A DNA stretch of 63,947 nt, filler included, from Octopus bimaculoides (taxonomy: Eukaryota): assembly GCF_001194135.2 (NCBI RefSeq). It is 6 parts of 6 records of this genome, joined end to end, with 100 filler letters (N's around TTAATTAATTAA, not from the genome) between each part and the next. Parts side by side here need not be neighbours in the genome. Positions count along the whole stretch, not along the records: positions 1 to 30,546 come from NC_068997.1; 5 more parts are not named here. One strand, 5' to 3'. The translations under genes were made by a program, and so were the position numbers. Below the pieces are notes generated by a model. That model had not been told where the DNA came from, did no database searches, and saw only the letters and a program-made list of their open reading frames with translations. Each line of letters opens with the position of its first letter. The first letter of the stretch is position 1. Shown one piece after another: positions 1 to 12,188 of this stretch.

Positions 1-26
1 TGTGTGTGTGTGTGTGTGTGTGTGTG

Positions 27-428
27 TAGTCTCAGACTCACCAAAGCCTTGTTAGTAGATTTCGTACATTTCGCTTTGGGTTGGACGGTTTGACTGACGT
101 CTTGAAAGCCAGCAGGGTGCACCAGGCTCCAATCTGATCACGCAATGTTTCTACAGTGGGATGCCCTTCCTAACGCCAACCATTCCGAGGGTGTAGGGAG
201 GTCGTATATATATATATGTGTGTATATTTGTGTGTGTGTGTATCCCCACCATCGCTTGACAACTGATGTTATTGTGTTTATGTCCATGTAACTTAGCCGT
301 TTGGCAAAACACACTGATACAATAAGTACTAGGCTTACGAAGAATAAACCCTGGTGTCGATTTCTTCGACTAAAGGCGGTGTTCCAGCATGGCCGCGGCC
401 ACATGCCTTAAACAACTAAAACAATAAA
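27..428 (+). mobile_element. SINE family A (tRNA-derived, internal TA/TG microsatellite, CR1-like tail), 5'-truncated and interrupted by a SINE D fragment
   Basis: ccaaagccttgt...gattt central motif, then catcgcttgacaac...aataagtactaggcttac...ccagcatggccgc tail, matching the full copy at 17258-17694. Confidence 0.85.
65..200 (-). mobile_element. SINE family D fragment (RTE-like tail)
   Basis: ggatgcccttcctaacgccaacc motif; a diverged opposite-strand copy at 63545-63685 ends in tgatgatg. Confidence 0.65.
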
Positions 429-440
429 AAAAACTATACC

Positions 441-476
441 ATTTTAATCCCGAGCAACGTCGGGTATCTTTGCTAG
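441..476 (+). mobile_element. Helitron-like 3' end fragment
   Basis: cccgagcaacgtcggg hairpin followed by CTAG|T; same end type as 40546, 10312 and 41344. Confidence 0.55.
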
Positions 477-769
477 TATATAATAAATAAATTATTATTA
501 TTATTAACAGCTTGTAAAATTTGGCACCGCTTACTGAATATATATATATNNNNNNNNNNNNNNNNNNNNNNNNNNNNNNNNNNNNNNNNNNNNNNNNNNN
601 NNNNNNNNNNNNNNNNNNNNNNNNNNNNNNNNNNNNNNNNNNNNNNNNNNNNNNNNNNNNNNNNNNNNNNNNNNNNNNNNNNNNNNNNNNNNNNNNNNNN
701 NNNNNNNNNNNNNNNNNNNNNNNNNNNNNNNNNNNNNNNNNNNNNNNNNNNNNNNNNNNNNNNNNNNNN

Positions 770-800
<31 letters not shown>

Positions 801-809
801 GAATGTGAA

Positions 810-1880
810 CTTAAAACTTCATAGGTTGACTATGAAAAAGTAATACTAGTACCATGACATCTTGCATGCATCAGTTTTTAAACCCTCTTATTAATGACTG
901 CATTGTTTCTTTCCAGATAAACTGGTTTCTGATTGTTTAAAGAAGACTCCAAATGTAAATGGTAGCGACTTCGTTTGAAAAAAATAGCATTCTAGTGTTA
1001 TTAAGTACCTGCAGAGAAAGGGTTTATGCTGATATGCTTGCTATATTTGGGGATGATACTCCAGCTTCATCAACAGTGCAAAACTGAGCTGTTGAATTTA
1101 GGAGACAAAGGGAAAAGTCTCCCACCAGCAAGGAAAACATTATTGTGTTCACCCTATGCAGGTGGATGACAAGCTATTGACTATAAATCAAATAGCCAGT
1201 GCTATTAGCATATCCTATTAGAGAGTTGAGAATATTCTGCACAATGAACTTGGCATGATGAATGTTTCTGCACGGTAGGTACCGCATCTTCTGACACTTG
1301 ATCGAAATGGGTTCATTGCTTTGAACCAGAGAAAAAAGGTAATATATGCCACAGAAACACTCCTTCTCACCTGCTCCTAAGAAGGCCAAGGTCGTTTCAA
1401 CCGCAGGGAAGGTAGTGGCCTCAGTTTTTCTGGGAAGCAAAAATTAATTTTGTATATTGTCAGTGGATAGTACTTTTCCAACATGCTAGTCAGTTATGAA
1501 AAGGCATCAACACCAAATGCCCAGGAAAGCTGAGAAATGGGATCTTGTTTTGTCAGGACGATGATCAGGTACACAAGTCCTTGGTTTCAACGGTTGCCTT
1601 GCATGATTATGACTTTTGAACTGCTTCATCAGTCCCACTATGCCCCTGATTTGGCCCCATTTAACTATCATCTGTTAGCCAATATTAAAAAACACTTGAC
1701 TGGGAACTAGTGTCGCAGTGATGACGTCATGCTGTCGATGAATGTTTTTACCGACAGGAAGAAAGCCTCTTCGCGAATACGATCCAAACACTGCCACATC
1801 AATGAAAGAACTGTAAGGACCTCAAGGAGGACTCTTTTGAAAAATAAACCTCATTTGGCCACATTCCAAAAGATTATCTT
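810..1880 (+). mobile_element. Degenerate mariner transposase (irritans-like)
   Basis: Manual translation gives RVENILHNELGMMNVSAR*VPHLLT, APKKAKVVSTAGKVVASVF and HYAPDLAPFNYHLL, with many stops and frameshifts. Confidence 0.85.
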
Positions 1881-1883
1881 GTA

Positions 1884-2082
1884 GAGTATTGTAGTTCGTT
1901 TGAAGCATTGTGTATTGTTTGTAAAAAAAATAGAAAAGCCGTTGGAAAACCGATTATAGAAGCGACTCCATCTAAAAATATCTGAAGAAGGAATTTTATT
2001 CCGAAATATCATCAGATACAACAGGTATATAGCTCATTGTTTGTATTATAGTGCATTGTTGTACCATTCAAGACTTTTTATT

Positions 2083-2088
<6 letters not shown>
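1884..2088 (+). mobile_element. Penelope-type tail repeat with HHR-like core; its 3' segment is inverted to the 5' side
   Basis: Homologous to 20897-21082; contains CTGAAGA-A-GGAAT-ttt-ATTCC-GAAA at 1982-2006. Confidence 0.55.
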
Positions 2089-2118
<30 letters not shown>

Positions 2119-2119
2119 C

Positions 2120-2810
2120 AAAACGCCTCGCAGACTGTTGAGAAGGGACCGTAAAAGGTGATAATTTCAAGGCTCTGCATCAGGAGTATACAGTGGGTGC
2201 AGTAGCTCTTCCCCATCTCTCCAAACGCTGCTGATCATTATCTTGCATGGGTGCAACTCTGACTTGGGTCGAGATGTAGCTTTCTTATCAGGATTCAGCC
2301 ATTCTTTTATCTACTTTGTATTCAAATAAAGACACCACTTTATCATCACCGGTGACGTTGCGGTAAAGAAATCTCTGTTTGTGTCAATGAGTTGACTGTT
2401 GTTGAACAAGCAAACTGGCGACAATAGAGAAGTGCTGGAGTTTGTCTCTTTCATTCAGAGCGTGTTACCCCTGCACCGACTTTTAGGAGCCTACTCATCG
2501 AGTGAAGCTGACAGGCGACGATATCAGGAAATCCTCCCACATGCTGGATCAATACCCACGTAGACTGGTGCGGACCCTCGTGTATGAGCTCGTTCAATTG
2601 ATTTTCATGGAACTGCACGTGTCTTTCGGAATACAAAGAGTTTGTGAGGTAGAACTTCTCCTCATTGAAGCGAGAGAATCGTTTCATTGCAGTATTTTAA
2701 GTAAAAGCGTGTTTTGCGTACACAGCACAAATGTCTCAAGAGACTTAGCAAGTTTGGACCCTTGAGTGAAAGCGAAGAACAGCAGTACTCATTTCTTTAT
2801 TTTTTTTCAA
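2120..2810 (-). mobile_element. Internally deleted mariner remnant, related to the 24.5-25.7 kb element
   Basis: FHENQLNELIHEGPHQST (HTH region), FLYRNVTGDDK, EWLNPDKKATSRPKSELHP and NYHLLRSLLNSLRG on the minus strand. Confidence 0.8.
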
Positions 2811-3666
2811 CTTGGCCCTCCACCGTCATATGTCTGTAATTCAAATTAAAAAAAAAACATAAATGAAAGCTGGAAAGAAAGACTAGAGCTACATAAACCA
2901 TATAGCACTATGATAAAACCACTTTCCGTATCGACTGAAATGACATCAGAAAGAAACGCACGAATGGGACTAGCCAGCATATATGTGTGTGGGAGTGTAT
3001 ANNNNNNNNNNNNNNNNNNNNNNNNNNNNNNNNNNNNNNNNNNNNNNNNNNNNNNNNNNNNNNNNNNNNNNNNNNNNNNNNNNNNNNNNNNNNNNNNNNN
3101 NNNNNNNNNNNNNNNNNNNNNNNNNNNNNNNNNNNNNNNNNNNNNNNNNNNNNNNNNNNNNNNNNNNNNNNNNNNNNNNNNNNNTCGCAAACATTTTCCA
3201 ATGAAATTTATTCTTTTTAGCTCTTAACAGAAAAAACTAAGAATATGAACTCCTCTACCTAATACCAAACACAGAAAGAGATAATGTAAAAGAAGTTGTT
3301 TATCAGGAAGTTAGAGAAAATGTATGTTGGGAAAATATCTTTTCATGAAAAATTTTAAAATAAAAATTGTACGTGTAAAATATGATTTAATATTTTTTGT
3401 TTGTGAATTTGTTTTTGTTTTGGTGGGTGAGGAGTGTGTACTTTTATGAAGTTGACATTGGACCACTTTTTTTTCTGGATTCTTTGAGTGGAGGGAAACA
3501 ATAATAAAAGAATGCATGTTCCGAGACTAACTGAGGTTTATTGGCGTCTTTAAAAAGCAGTTTAACTAATATTTTAAGTCGTATGATTATAGTCTTCTAT
3601 GGATTGTTATAATAGATTTGGATATAGCTAGATAAGCCTGCTATTATATGTATAAGGTTTGTATAT

Positions 3667-3960
3667 ATACAGAGACATCTCAAAAAGAGTAAATTGACAT
3701 CGTTTTTGAAAGATTTATTTCTCCTTTCTTGTTTCGATGTTTGCTAGTGAAGAAGTTTCCTCTTTCCTGCACTGCAATAGTAGTCAAACTGATGGAGATA
3801 CCGTAGAGAGGTACTTCGACTCATTTGTCAGAAGGCTTCAGTCAAGCTGAGAGGGATGTTGGTGATTCCTTTCTTTTCCTCTGGATTGTGCAATCACTTT
3901 GTTGACTGCGGCAAGAGAAATATCAACGTTTTGTGGAATCTTACACCAGCTATGTCCACC
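3667..3960 (-). mobile_element. Possible Tc1-like non-autonomous remnant
   Basis: TACAG terminus and HTH-like GHSWCKIPQNVDISLAAVNKVI; weak. Confidence 0.3.
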
Positions 3961-4421
3961 ATCAAGATTGTCCCACAATCACTGGCTCGGGAACGAAATT
4001 TGCTTAGTGGGTGGAAACTCAGGCCCAAAATATTTGCAAACAAGGTTCTGTAGTTTTTAAAATGTTTTTCTTTGAGAAGAAACCTAACTTCAAACTGCTT
4101 TTTATAGATAACTGTTTTCTAGACCTCAGAAAGGTAAGTAGGCGTGTAAATTTTGATTTTGCACCCACAAACCATTTTAGGAGGTGCGCTTCCACACCCT
4201 ACACCTCCTGTTCCTGGGACCCTGCCCACAATACTCCTTCTTTGAAAGTCAGACAACTCTTTTATTTCTAGTGTCTGCGACATGGCTATATGCTATAAAC
4301 AATTAATATACTGTAATTTGAAATAGAAAACATTAATGCATCAAAAGGTTCAAGCAACATGTTTCAGCACAAATAAAACGCTATAACGAGGATGTCACTT
4401 TACTTTTCTGATATACACACA

Positions 4422-4635
4422 GGCGGCGAGCTGACAGAAACGTTAGCACGCCGGGCGAAATGCTTAGCGGTGTATCGTCTGGCGCTGCGTTCTCAGTTCA
4501 AATTTCGCCGAGGTCGACTTTGCCTTACATCCTTTTGGAGTCGATAAATTAAGTACCAGTTGCGTACTGACGTTGATCTAATAGACTGGCCCCCTCCCCC
4601 AAATATCGGGCCTTGTGCTTAGAGTAGAAAAGAAA
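4422..4635 (+). mobile_element. SINE family B (tRNA-derived)
   Basis: ggcggcgagctgacagaaacgttagcacgccgggcgaaatgc head, gttcaaattt B-box-like motif, gccttacatccttttggagtcgataaattaagtaccag core. Confidence 0.9.
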
Positions 4636-4857
4636 AGGATGTCTGTATACACACAAACACACACGCAAACACATTTGTGTGTGTTTGTCTGTCTGTCTGT
4701 TTGTCTGTATGTATTTATGTATGTATGTATGCACTGAAATAATGGATGTCATGGTCTCTGAAGAGTATTCGTGCAACATATACGTAAGTGGACGTAAATG
4801 GCTATTTATAGTCAACTAATCCTTTACTTCCTTTATATAGCTTTCTTTTGTTAATAG

Positions 4858-4905
<48 letters not shown>

Positions 4906-5411
4906 TACATTGTGTTCGCTTCAAAGCGTGAATGAGTCAAATTTCGGCTGAAATAAGAGTATAGTAACAAAAATGAAAAAAACCGTTGGACGATAAATAT
5001 ATAAAGAAATAATTTATAGTCTTTGTTGGTGTTTTGTCATGTGTGTCAAGGATATATGATCGAAGTGTTGACGTACTGAATCATTTCAGATATCTGCTAT
5101 GTGTGTGACCAGTCACAATCCTGATGATTTCGTCATTCCTTATGTTTACTAGTCTCGAAAGAACTGCGAAACAGTTATGAAAGCATCACCTATGGTGGTC
5201 GATTTGTATTTCATAATTCAGTGCATCGATGTCATAAGGGAGAGCACAATACACTGGAGTATGAGTTGATATCCCTCCTAACCTATTATATCCCTCTCTC
5301 ACTCCAAAGTTTTCTGAGCATGAAAGAATATTAGAAACTAATGTTATAGCAACCCAAGTCTGGTGTAACTTTAGAATGAATAAATATTTGCTTAAAATAG
5401 AGATAAAATAA

Positions 5412-5716
5412 GCCCTTCGATCATGAATGACGATGGGGTTGCACCTAGAAAGTTTCCCACTGAAGCACAATTCCGGGTAAGGTTGTTTATGAAAGACCAG
5501 CAGTCACCCAAGCATACCAGCCTCCCTTCTCCATGGTAACGATGTTATCCAATGCAAAGGCAAAGACAGACACAGATTGGCACCTGTGACGTCACAACTC
5601 ATTTCTACAGCTGAAGTGAACTGGAGCAACGTGAAATAAAGTGTCTTGCTCAAGAACACAACACGCAGCCCGATCCGGGAATCGAACTCACCACTTCATG
5701 AGCCATGCGCCTTCAC
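5412..5716 (-). mobile_element. SINE family C (tRNA head plus CORE/V-like domain)
   Basis: Minus strand reads gagttcgattcccgg (B box), then gtgttcttgagcaagacactttatttcacgttgctccag; second fragment at 52965-53080. Confidence 0.75.
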
Positions 5717-6685
5717 ATGGCTCAGTGGTTAGAGGGTACATCCCTATTGTACTAAAGACAGAATCATTTAATCTTCGGACAAAATGTGTTGTGAGATTAT
5801 CCTGCTAGAATCGATGAAAAAAAACATTAGTAGAACCCTCAAATTCGGTGAAATGAATTAAATCTATGTCCACAATTTGTGGGCCTTTGCATTTTGTATG
5901 CTTACAACTTGGGAAACTGAATCCTTAACATTGTAACCAAGAGGATTTTACCCTTTCACGTTGAAAATCTTTTCGCAGTATATATTTACAGTAATATATA
6001 TGAAACTTTCATACCGTACATATTACAGCAACGAGAATATAGTCTTCTTATGTACACTTGTGCGGGTTTAAGCACTTCACTCTCTATGTATATATGCGTG
6101 TGTCTATGATCGCATGTGTGTCTATGATCGTGTGTGTCTGTGTGTGTGTGCGTGTGTGTGTGTGCGTGTGTGTGTGCGTGTGTGTGTGTGTGTGTGCGTG
6201 TGTGTGTGTGCGTGTNNNNNNNNNNNNNNNNNNNNNNNNNNNNNNNNNNNNNNNNNNNNNNNNNNNNNNNNNNNNNNNNNNNNNNNNNNNNNNNNNNNNN
6301 NNNNNNNNNNNNNNNNNNNNNNNNNNNNNNNNNNNNNNNNNNNNNNNNNNNNNNNNNNNNNNNNNNNNNNNNNNNNNNNNNNNNNNNNNNNNNNNNNNNN
6401 NNNNNNNNNNNNNNNNNNNNNNNNNNNNNNNNNNNNNNNNNNNNNNNNNNNNNNNNNNNNNNNNNNNNNNNNNNNNNNNNNNNNNNNNNNNNNNNNNNNN
6501 NNNNNNNNNNNNNNNNNNNNNNNNNNNNNNNNNNNNNNNNNNNNNNNNNCTCAAAACTGTATTTAATGTGACCATTCATTCGTCGTATCAGTTGTTCGTA
6601 TGTTATCATCAGCACCAAATTACATCTGATAACCAAGACAACACCAACAGCTGAGGCCATCTTGCTTCATAGATTTTATTAATAT

Positions 6686-6813
6686 TGGTTTACGACTCCG
6701 AAAGAATGAGAGGCAAATTCGACGTGGGTAAAATTTGAACTCAGAACGTCAGGAAGGACGAAATTTTGCTATGCATTTTGCCCAGCATGCTAACGTTTCT
6801 GCCAGCCTCCGCC
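6686..6813 (-). mobile_element. SINE family B, internally shortened
   Basis: atttgaactcagaacgt...gctaacgtttctgccagc is the reverse complement of the family B head. Confidence 0.85.
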
Positions 6814-6834
6814 TCATAGATTTTATTAGTACTG

Positions 6835-7036
6835 ATTTCAATTTTTGACACAAGGCCTGCAATGTCAGAGGAGGAGATAAGTCGATTGCATCGACCTCAG
6901 CACTCAACTGGTTCTTAAATCATCGATGCCGAAAGAGCGAAAGGCAGTGTCAGAATTTGAACTCTAGGAGTAAAGACGAATGAAATGCCGCTATAAATCT
7001 TGCTCGGGTTGCATTCAATTCTGCCAGCCTTCCGCC
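6835..7036 (-). mobile_element. SINE family B
   Basis: ttcaatttttgacacaaggcc tail through ttctgccagccttccgcc head. Confidence 0.85.
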
Positions 7037-7459
7037 TCATAGATTTTATGAATATTGAACGACAGTTTAAATATTGAAACTAACTTAAGTATTACAGAAA
7101 TCGAAGTTTTTGCAGTTTTCTGCTACTGTTACATTATATATCGATCTAATGTCTTTTTCCTGCTACTCATACAACACTTGTCTTTATATATTGTTCTAGT
7201 TGCACCAAAGGACAAAATGTGTAAAGGCTGACACGTCATATAATACAGAGCAATGCTTTCAGAGTTGACACAAACATCTACAAAAGACTGGATACAATAC
7301 ACATTCAACGATTGCTGTAGAGATATTGTTATAAGGATCTCTTTTAAAACTCGTGAGGTAATCAACTGTTTAATAATGGAATTTAGTGGATAAGACCCAC
7401 CCGTATTCTACTTAAACTTCTAAAAGGAAAATTGCATCAATTAAAGCCACCAGAGACAA

Positions 7460-7460
<1 letters not shown>

Positions 7461-7534
<74 letters not shown>
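7461..7534. repeat. (CA)n microsatellite
   Basis: Direct inspection. Confidence 0.98.
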
Positions 7535-7535
<1 letters not shown>

Positions 7536-7566
7536 TTGTATGTTTGAGTGTAAGAATGCATATATA

Positions 7567-8436
7567 CAGAGTGCGGTGAATAAACTCTCGATTAAATTAT
7601 GCAAAAATGTAAATAACGCTCACATATAGTTTTAACATACATATTTACCAAATTTACATTAAAATATCTTGAAATACTAGAATAAATTTATTCAATAAAA
7701 TCGCCATTGGCTTCAACCACGGCCTCCAAACGACTTCGGAATCTCCCGCAACTTTTCTGGATGGTCTCCCTGTTTAAGTTGGTGAATGATGCTATAATCC
7801 TTGCCTTCAGTTTATTTTGGTGTTACAAGGAGTTTTGTTGGTCTCTCGCTCAACCGTGTCCCACACATAATAATCAAGGGGGTTGCAGTCTGAGAAGTTC
7901 AGTGGCCAGAAGATAGCAGTGATGTGGTCGCAGAAATTGTCTGGCAGCGATGACTGGGTTCTCCTGCTTGTGTGGCATAGTGCAGAGTCCTGTTGCTAGA
8001 CATAGGGTCTTCCGGCAGCCACCCTCTTGACCGAGGGCAGCACTAAATCCTCCATGCACTTGATGAAGGCCTCCATGTTGAGTCTGAAGCCGTGAAGGAC
8101 GATGAATGGACGCATTAGTTTGACATCACTAGTGATCACTCCAAACACCATAATGTTGACTGGATGTTTTTTATCACTTTCGGCATATGTCCTCAAACTG
8201 ACATCCAAATACTCTAAAATGTTTGTAATGGAGCTTCTGGCGCGAATGCCAAGAAGTACAGTATGTCATTTCCAAATTTATGGCAGAGTGAATTGCATTA
8301 TGATGGTGTTTGTCTCACAGATGGAGCCCAACTGATCCTACGATACTGTGTAGTTGACAAAACCAAGAACGAACAAGGTACATGCGTGAATTTAAAATAT
8401 TATATGAAATGGCAACGATTTACTCATCACACCCTG
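7567..8436 (-). mobile_element. maT (DD37D) Tc1/mariner element, internally deleted, with TIRs and TA TSD
   Basis: QQDSALCH...WPLNFSDCNPLDYYVW with 37 residues between the 2nd and 3rd D (counted); TA-cagagtgcggtgaataaa versus tttactcatcacaccctg-TA termini. Confidence 0.9.
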
Positions 8437-9131
8437 TATGTATACATACACACATAATATATAAATACATATAAAGACACACATCCACAACAACACCCGC
8501 ATAATCTAAAGAATAGGTTTATAAGTATGGATATGTATTTCTTGCTTATATTTTTATCGCTGTATTCTACTGAGGATTACAAACCAATTTCTATTACAGA
8601 GCATGAAATCTTAAGATGTAGAATTATCCGAAATTCTGTAAATCTTCTTGCTCGTTACTTCGCATTTGACCTGGTGTTATAAACAGAGAACAAATTAAGA
8701 GTGGATTGTAGGTATTTGACATCTACTTCTAGTGAATAGGCGTTGGGATTCCAGAGCCGTTAATTATAATTATATTTTATAATTTTATACTTAAATATAT
8801 ATATTTTCGTAGAAAAGATAAGACAACAAAAGAAACAAAGAAACCTCGATAGTATGTAAATAGAGGTATTTATCTGTAAAGAATATGTGACAATTATTTG
8901 GTAGCCATGATAAAATTCCGAGTTTCGGATGTCGGGTCGGAAACCCACGCTGACATCTCTCTTCAGTTACCTGGCCATCGAAAAATTGGTATGAAAAATG
9001 AGTTTTGTCGGACAATTTTCGTTAAAAAAACTGTCCGACGAAACTAAGTGACAGGTTTTTGTTCTATTTCTGCTGCTTTTAAATAAAGTATATATATATA
9101 TATATATATATGTATACAAATATATATATAC

Positions 9132-9200
<69 letters not shown>

Positions 9201-9909
9201 CATACACACACACTCACATATATATGTGTATGTGCATATACATTCATATGTATATGTATACACACGCACACAGGTGCGCACACAAACACATATATATATA
9301 TAGTTATGGTATATTCTCTAAAGAACGTTGTGGAGTATAGTATGGAGCTCGTCTACCTGTGCTATGCAGTAGTAGTCTTATACGTACTTCCAGATTTGTG
9401 TTTGGTTATCTCTTGTGTGTGAATAGGTATTTGAAAAAGTTCCAAGAAGGGGTACGGTTGGACATTTATTTTTTAATCGGTACGATTGTTTCCACGTACG
9501 TAGTTCTCCAGGCATGCAACTGTTTCCCTGCATTATGAGATCCAGTTGCATTTCCTTAGACGATATGTAAATATTGTCGCCGTCACTTTAAAATCCTCGG
9601 CCTCAAGAACATCGGGACTGTGTGTCGTGGCCTAAATTTAGTACTAGTCACTTATCTTGCCAGGATGTATTGTTGCTGAAGAACCGTTTCCAGGCTGCTT
9701 TGAATGCGTAGATGATGTGGGATAGTGGTTTCCGTTTTAAGGGATTTGTATTTTATTTCTTTGTACTGTTGATTTGTTCTTCATGATTGTCCTTAGCTGG
9801 CCTTTAAGATTCAACGCTCGACACGCATACACTCTCACGCACACACACATATACATGCTTACATGCATACATACATACATACACAAACACACTCACATAC
9901 ACGTACATA

Positions 9910-9954
<45 letters not shown>

Positions 9955-10236
9955 TTATTTATTTATTTCTATTCAGACGAAGTAGGTACTTATGTTGAGG
10001 TACCCAATTCATCTGAATCGCAATTATTTTGCTTAACTCGTCAACCAAACCCATACGACACTTCTGGTATAAATTCATGTATGNNNNNNNNNNNNNNNNN
10101 NNNNNNNNNNNNNNNNNNNNNNNNNNNNNNNNNNNNNNNNNNNNNNNNNNNNNNNNNNNNNNNNNNNNNNNNNNNNNNNNNNNNNNNNNNNNNNNNNNNN
10201 NNNNNNNNNNNNNNNNNNNNNNNNNNNNNNNNNNNN

Positions 10237-10283
<47 letters not shown>

Positions 10284-10311
10284 CATATACATATACTTAT
10301 ACATATACATA

Positions 10312-11830
10312 CTAGCAGAGATACCCGGCACTACGCGTGTCACAGGGAATTGATGAATTAGACTTTTCTTTTATATTTTCTCTAATGAACTTGAATAGCT
10401 ATGATGCGAATTTCATCAAAATTGCAGATGAAGAATTTTAATGAGGGTCCTTCCCCTCTTGACACGCCGTAACAAAATTTCTAATCATGACAAATTTATT
10501 CCATAGTACTCATCTTTATGTCCAGATTCCAAAATTCAAATCTTATGGAACCTATTGATATGATTTTGCTACTGAAAAAGGGAGGTCATGGAGCTCTAAA
10601 ATGCGGAAGTTAAGGCCTCTATTGGGGATGGGTGTCTTAAAGTCATCCAGAGAAGTTGAGTTGAGGTCTTCGGACTCTTTTTAACTTGAGACTTATATCT
10701 ATTGTTCAAATGTCTTTGAAATCGGAAATATATGTACGTTCACTGGGTTTGTAAAACAGAGCAATCTTCAGAAAACCAAAAGATGAATGATCACAATAGG
10801 CAGTCAGCCACCCCACCCTAGTTGTTAACACTCCCCAATGTAGGATTACTCACCATACAGGTGACGGGCACAGCTGTAAGCTGTATTAGGGATCTATAGC
10901 AATTGGAAGGGCGTGACCCAACTCAAATAAACATTAACAATTGTGTGACGTAAGGTCTAAGAGGAAATGAAAGTGTCACTTCTGGACTTTGCCAATGATC
11001 GTTACCCCGATAGGTAACTGGACAGAATAAATTTGCAATCTATAAATGTCTTTGAATAACCAGTCACTTATCTGGGAAAGCCTTGAAACAATATTACCAT
11101 CGGAGGCTATCTGTGACAATGAAAAGACTGAAAGGAGGTCTGCAACCAAATAACTTTACTCAACCGAATCAGTGGCGGCAAAGATACCTCTCTTTTACTT
11201 GATAATTTATTCACCACATTGCAGAAATCACAATCTAAGTATATCTGAAAGCAAAGACTTTCACTGTTGTACCATTGAATGACAAGTAACGCTCATGTTT
11301 TATGTTCGGGTGACCCTACAGCTTCCAAGAGTACAATTGTATTCGTCCTTGCTTAGGAAAAATGGCTAAATTGTGGGTCCCCATTAAATCCCCATTAAGG
11401 GGTTTTTGTAACTTCTAAGAAGTTGAAATTTTAGAAATATTACTTCATTTGTGTCTAATATTTATGGTTAAAATTTCATCAACATCAAAAATATATGAAT
11501 TTTCACGGGGGTTATGGCCTCATTAATGCCCCCTCAATTTCAAAGATTTACTGCATTACATCAGCCCTTAAGCATAGAATATATTTTCCAAATTTCATAA
11601 AGATCTATTCAGTACTTTTGACTTAGTTTAGGATCATAAAAAATGACTAAAATTTGGAAATTAAGGCCCTCATTAGCTGGTCTTAGAATCCTCATGAGAA
11701 GCGGAAACTTAAATTCTCTGATTAACACTCGAGGGTATATCGTCAAGGTAGACACATATCGAAATGTGTGACTTCATGTGACTGAAAAAAATACACTATA
11801 AAATAATAGACATAACTTTAATTAAATTTG
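10312..11830 (-). mobile_element. Helitron-like non-autonomous element; inner boundary uncertain
   Basis: A-CTAG-cagagatacccggcactacgcgtg terminus (reverse complement of hairpin+CTAG|T); internal aaatttcatcaa-type repeats typical of Helitron/DINE-like elements. Confidence 0.5.
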
Positions 11831-12002
11831 AACCTTCAGTTCATATTTTACATTGAATATTACCACTGAGGATAGGAGATAAAAGAAATATGTATATAAT
11901 GAAACACTTCAACTGAGAACGTAATGACGGACGAAATGCAACTAAGTATCTTGTACAGCGTGCAAAAGTTTCTGCCAGATCATTACTTTAGATATTCATA
12001 AA

Positions 12003-12188
12003 TAATGGTTTCAAATTTTGGCAAAAGGCCAGCTAGCCTTAATAGCAATAATAATAATTTCAGGCTTGGCACCAGACCTGAAATTTGGTGGGAGGGACTA
12101 GTCGATTACATCGACCCCAGTGTTTCACTGGTACTTAATTCATCGACCCTGAAAGGATGGAAGGCAAAGTCAACCTCGGCGGAATCGC
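12003..12188 (-). mobile_element. SINE family B, 5'-truncated
   Basis: tggtttcaaattttggc...ctggtacttaattcatcgaccctgaaaggatggaaggcaaagtcaacctcggcggaat. Confidence 0.85.

Noticed and set aside
2460-2770. LCIPK...H...LRGY..MW pattern suggesting a Gypsy integrase zinc-binding domain
   Set aside because: Another frame gives a much better mariner HTH match (LNELIHEGPHQST) contiguous with mariner catalytic motifs
8590-8715. Possible exon (ttacag|...|gtattt)
   Set aside because: All three frames contain stops; no recognisable protein
9340-9800. Possible GIY-YIG remnant (HIIYAFK...YI) on the minus strand
   Set aside because: Needs several assumed frameshifts; not supportable by eye
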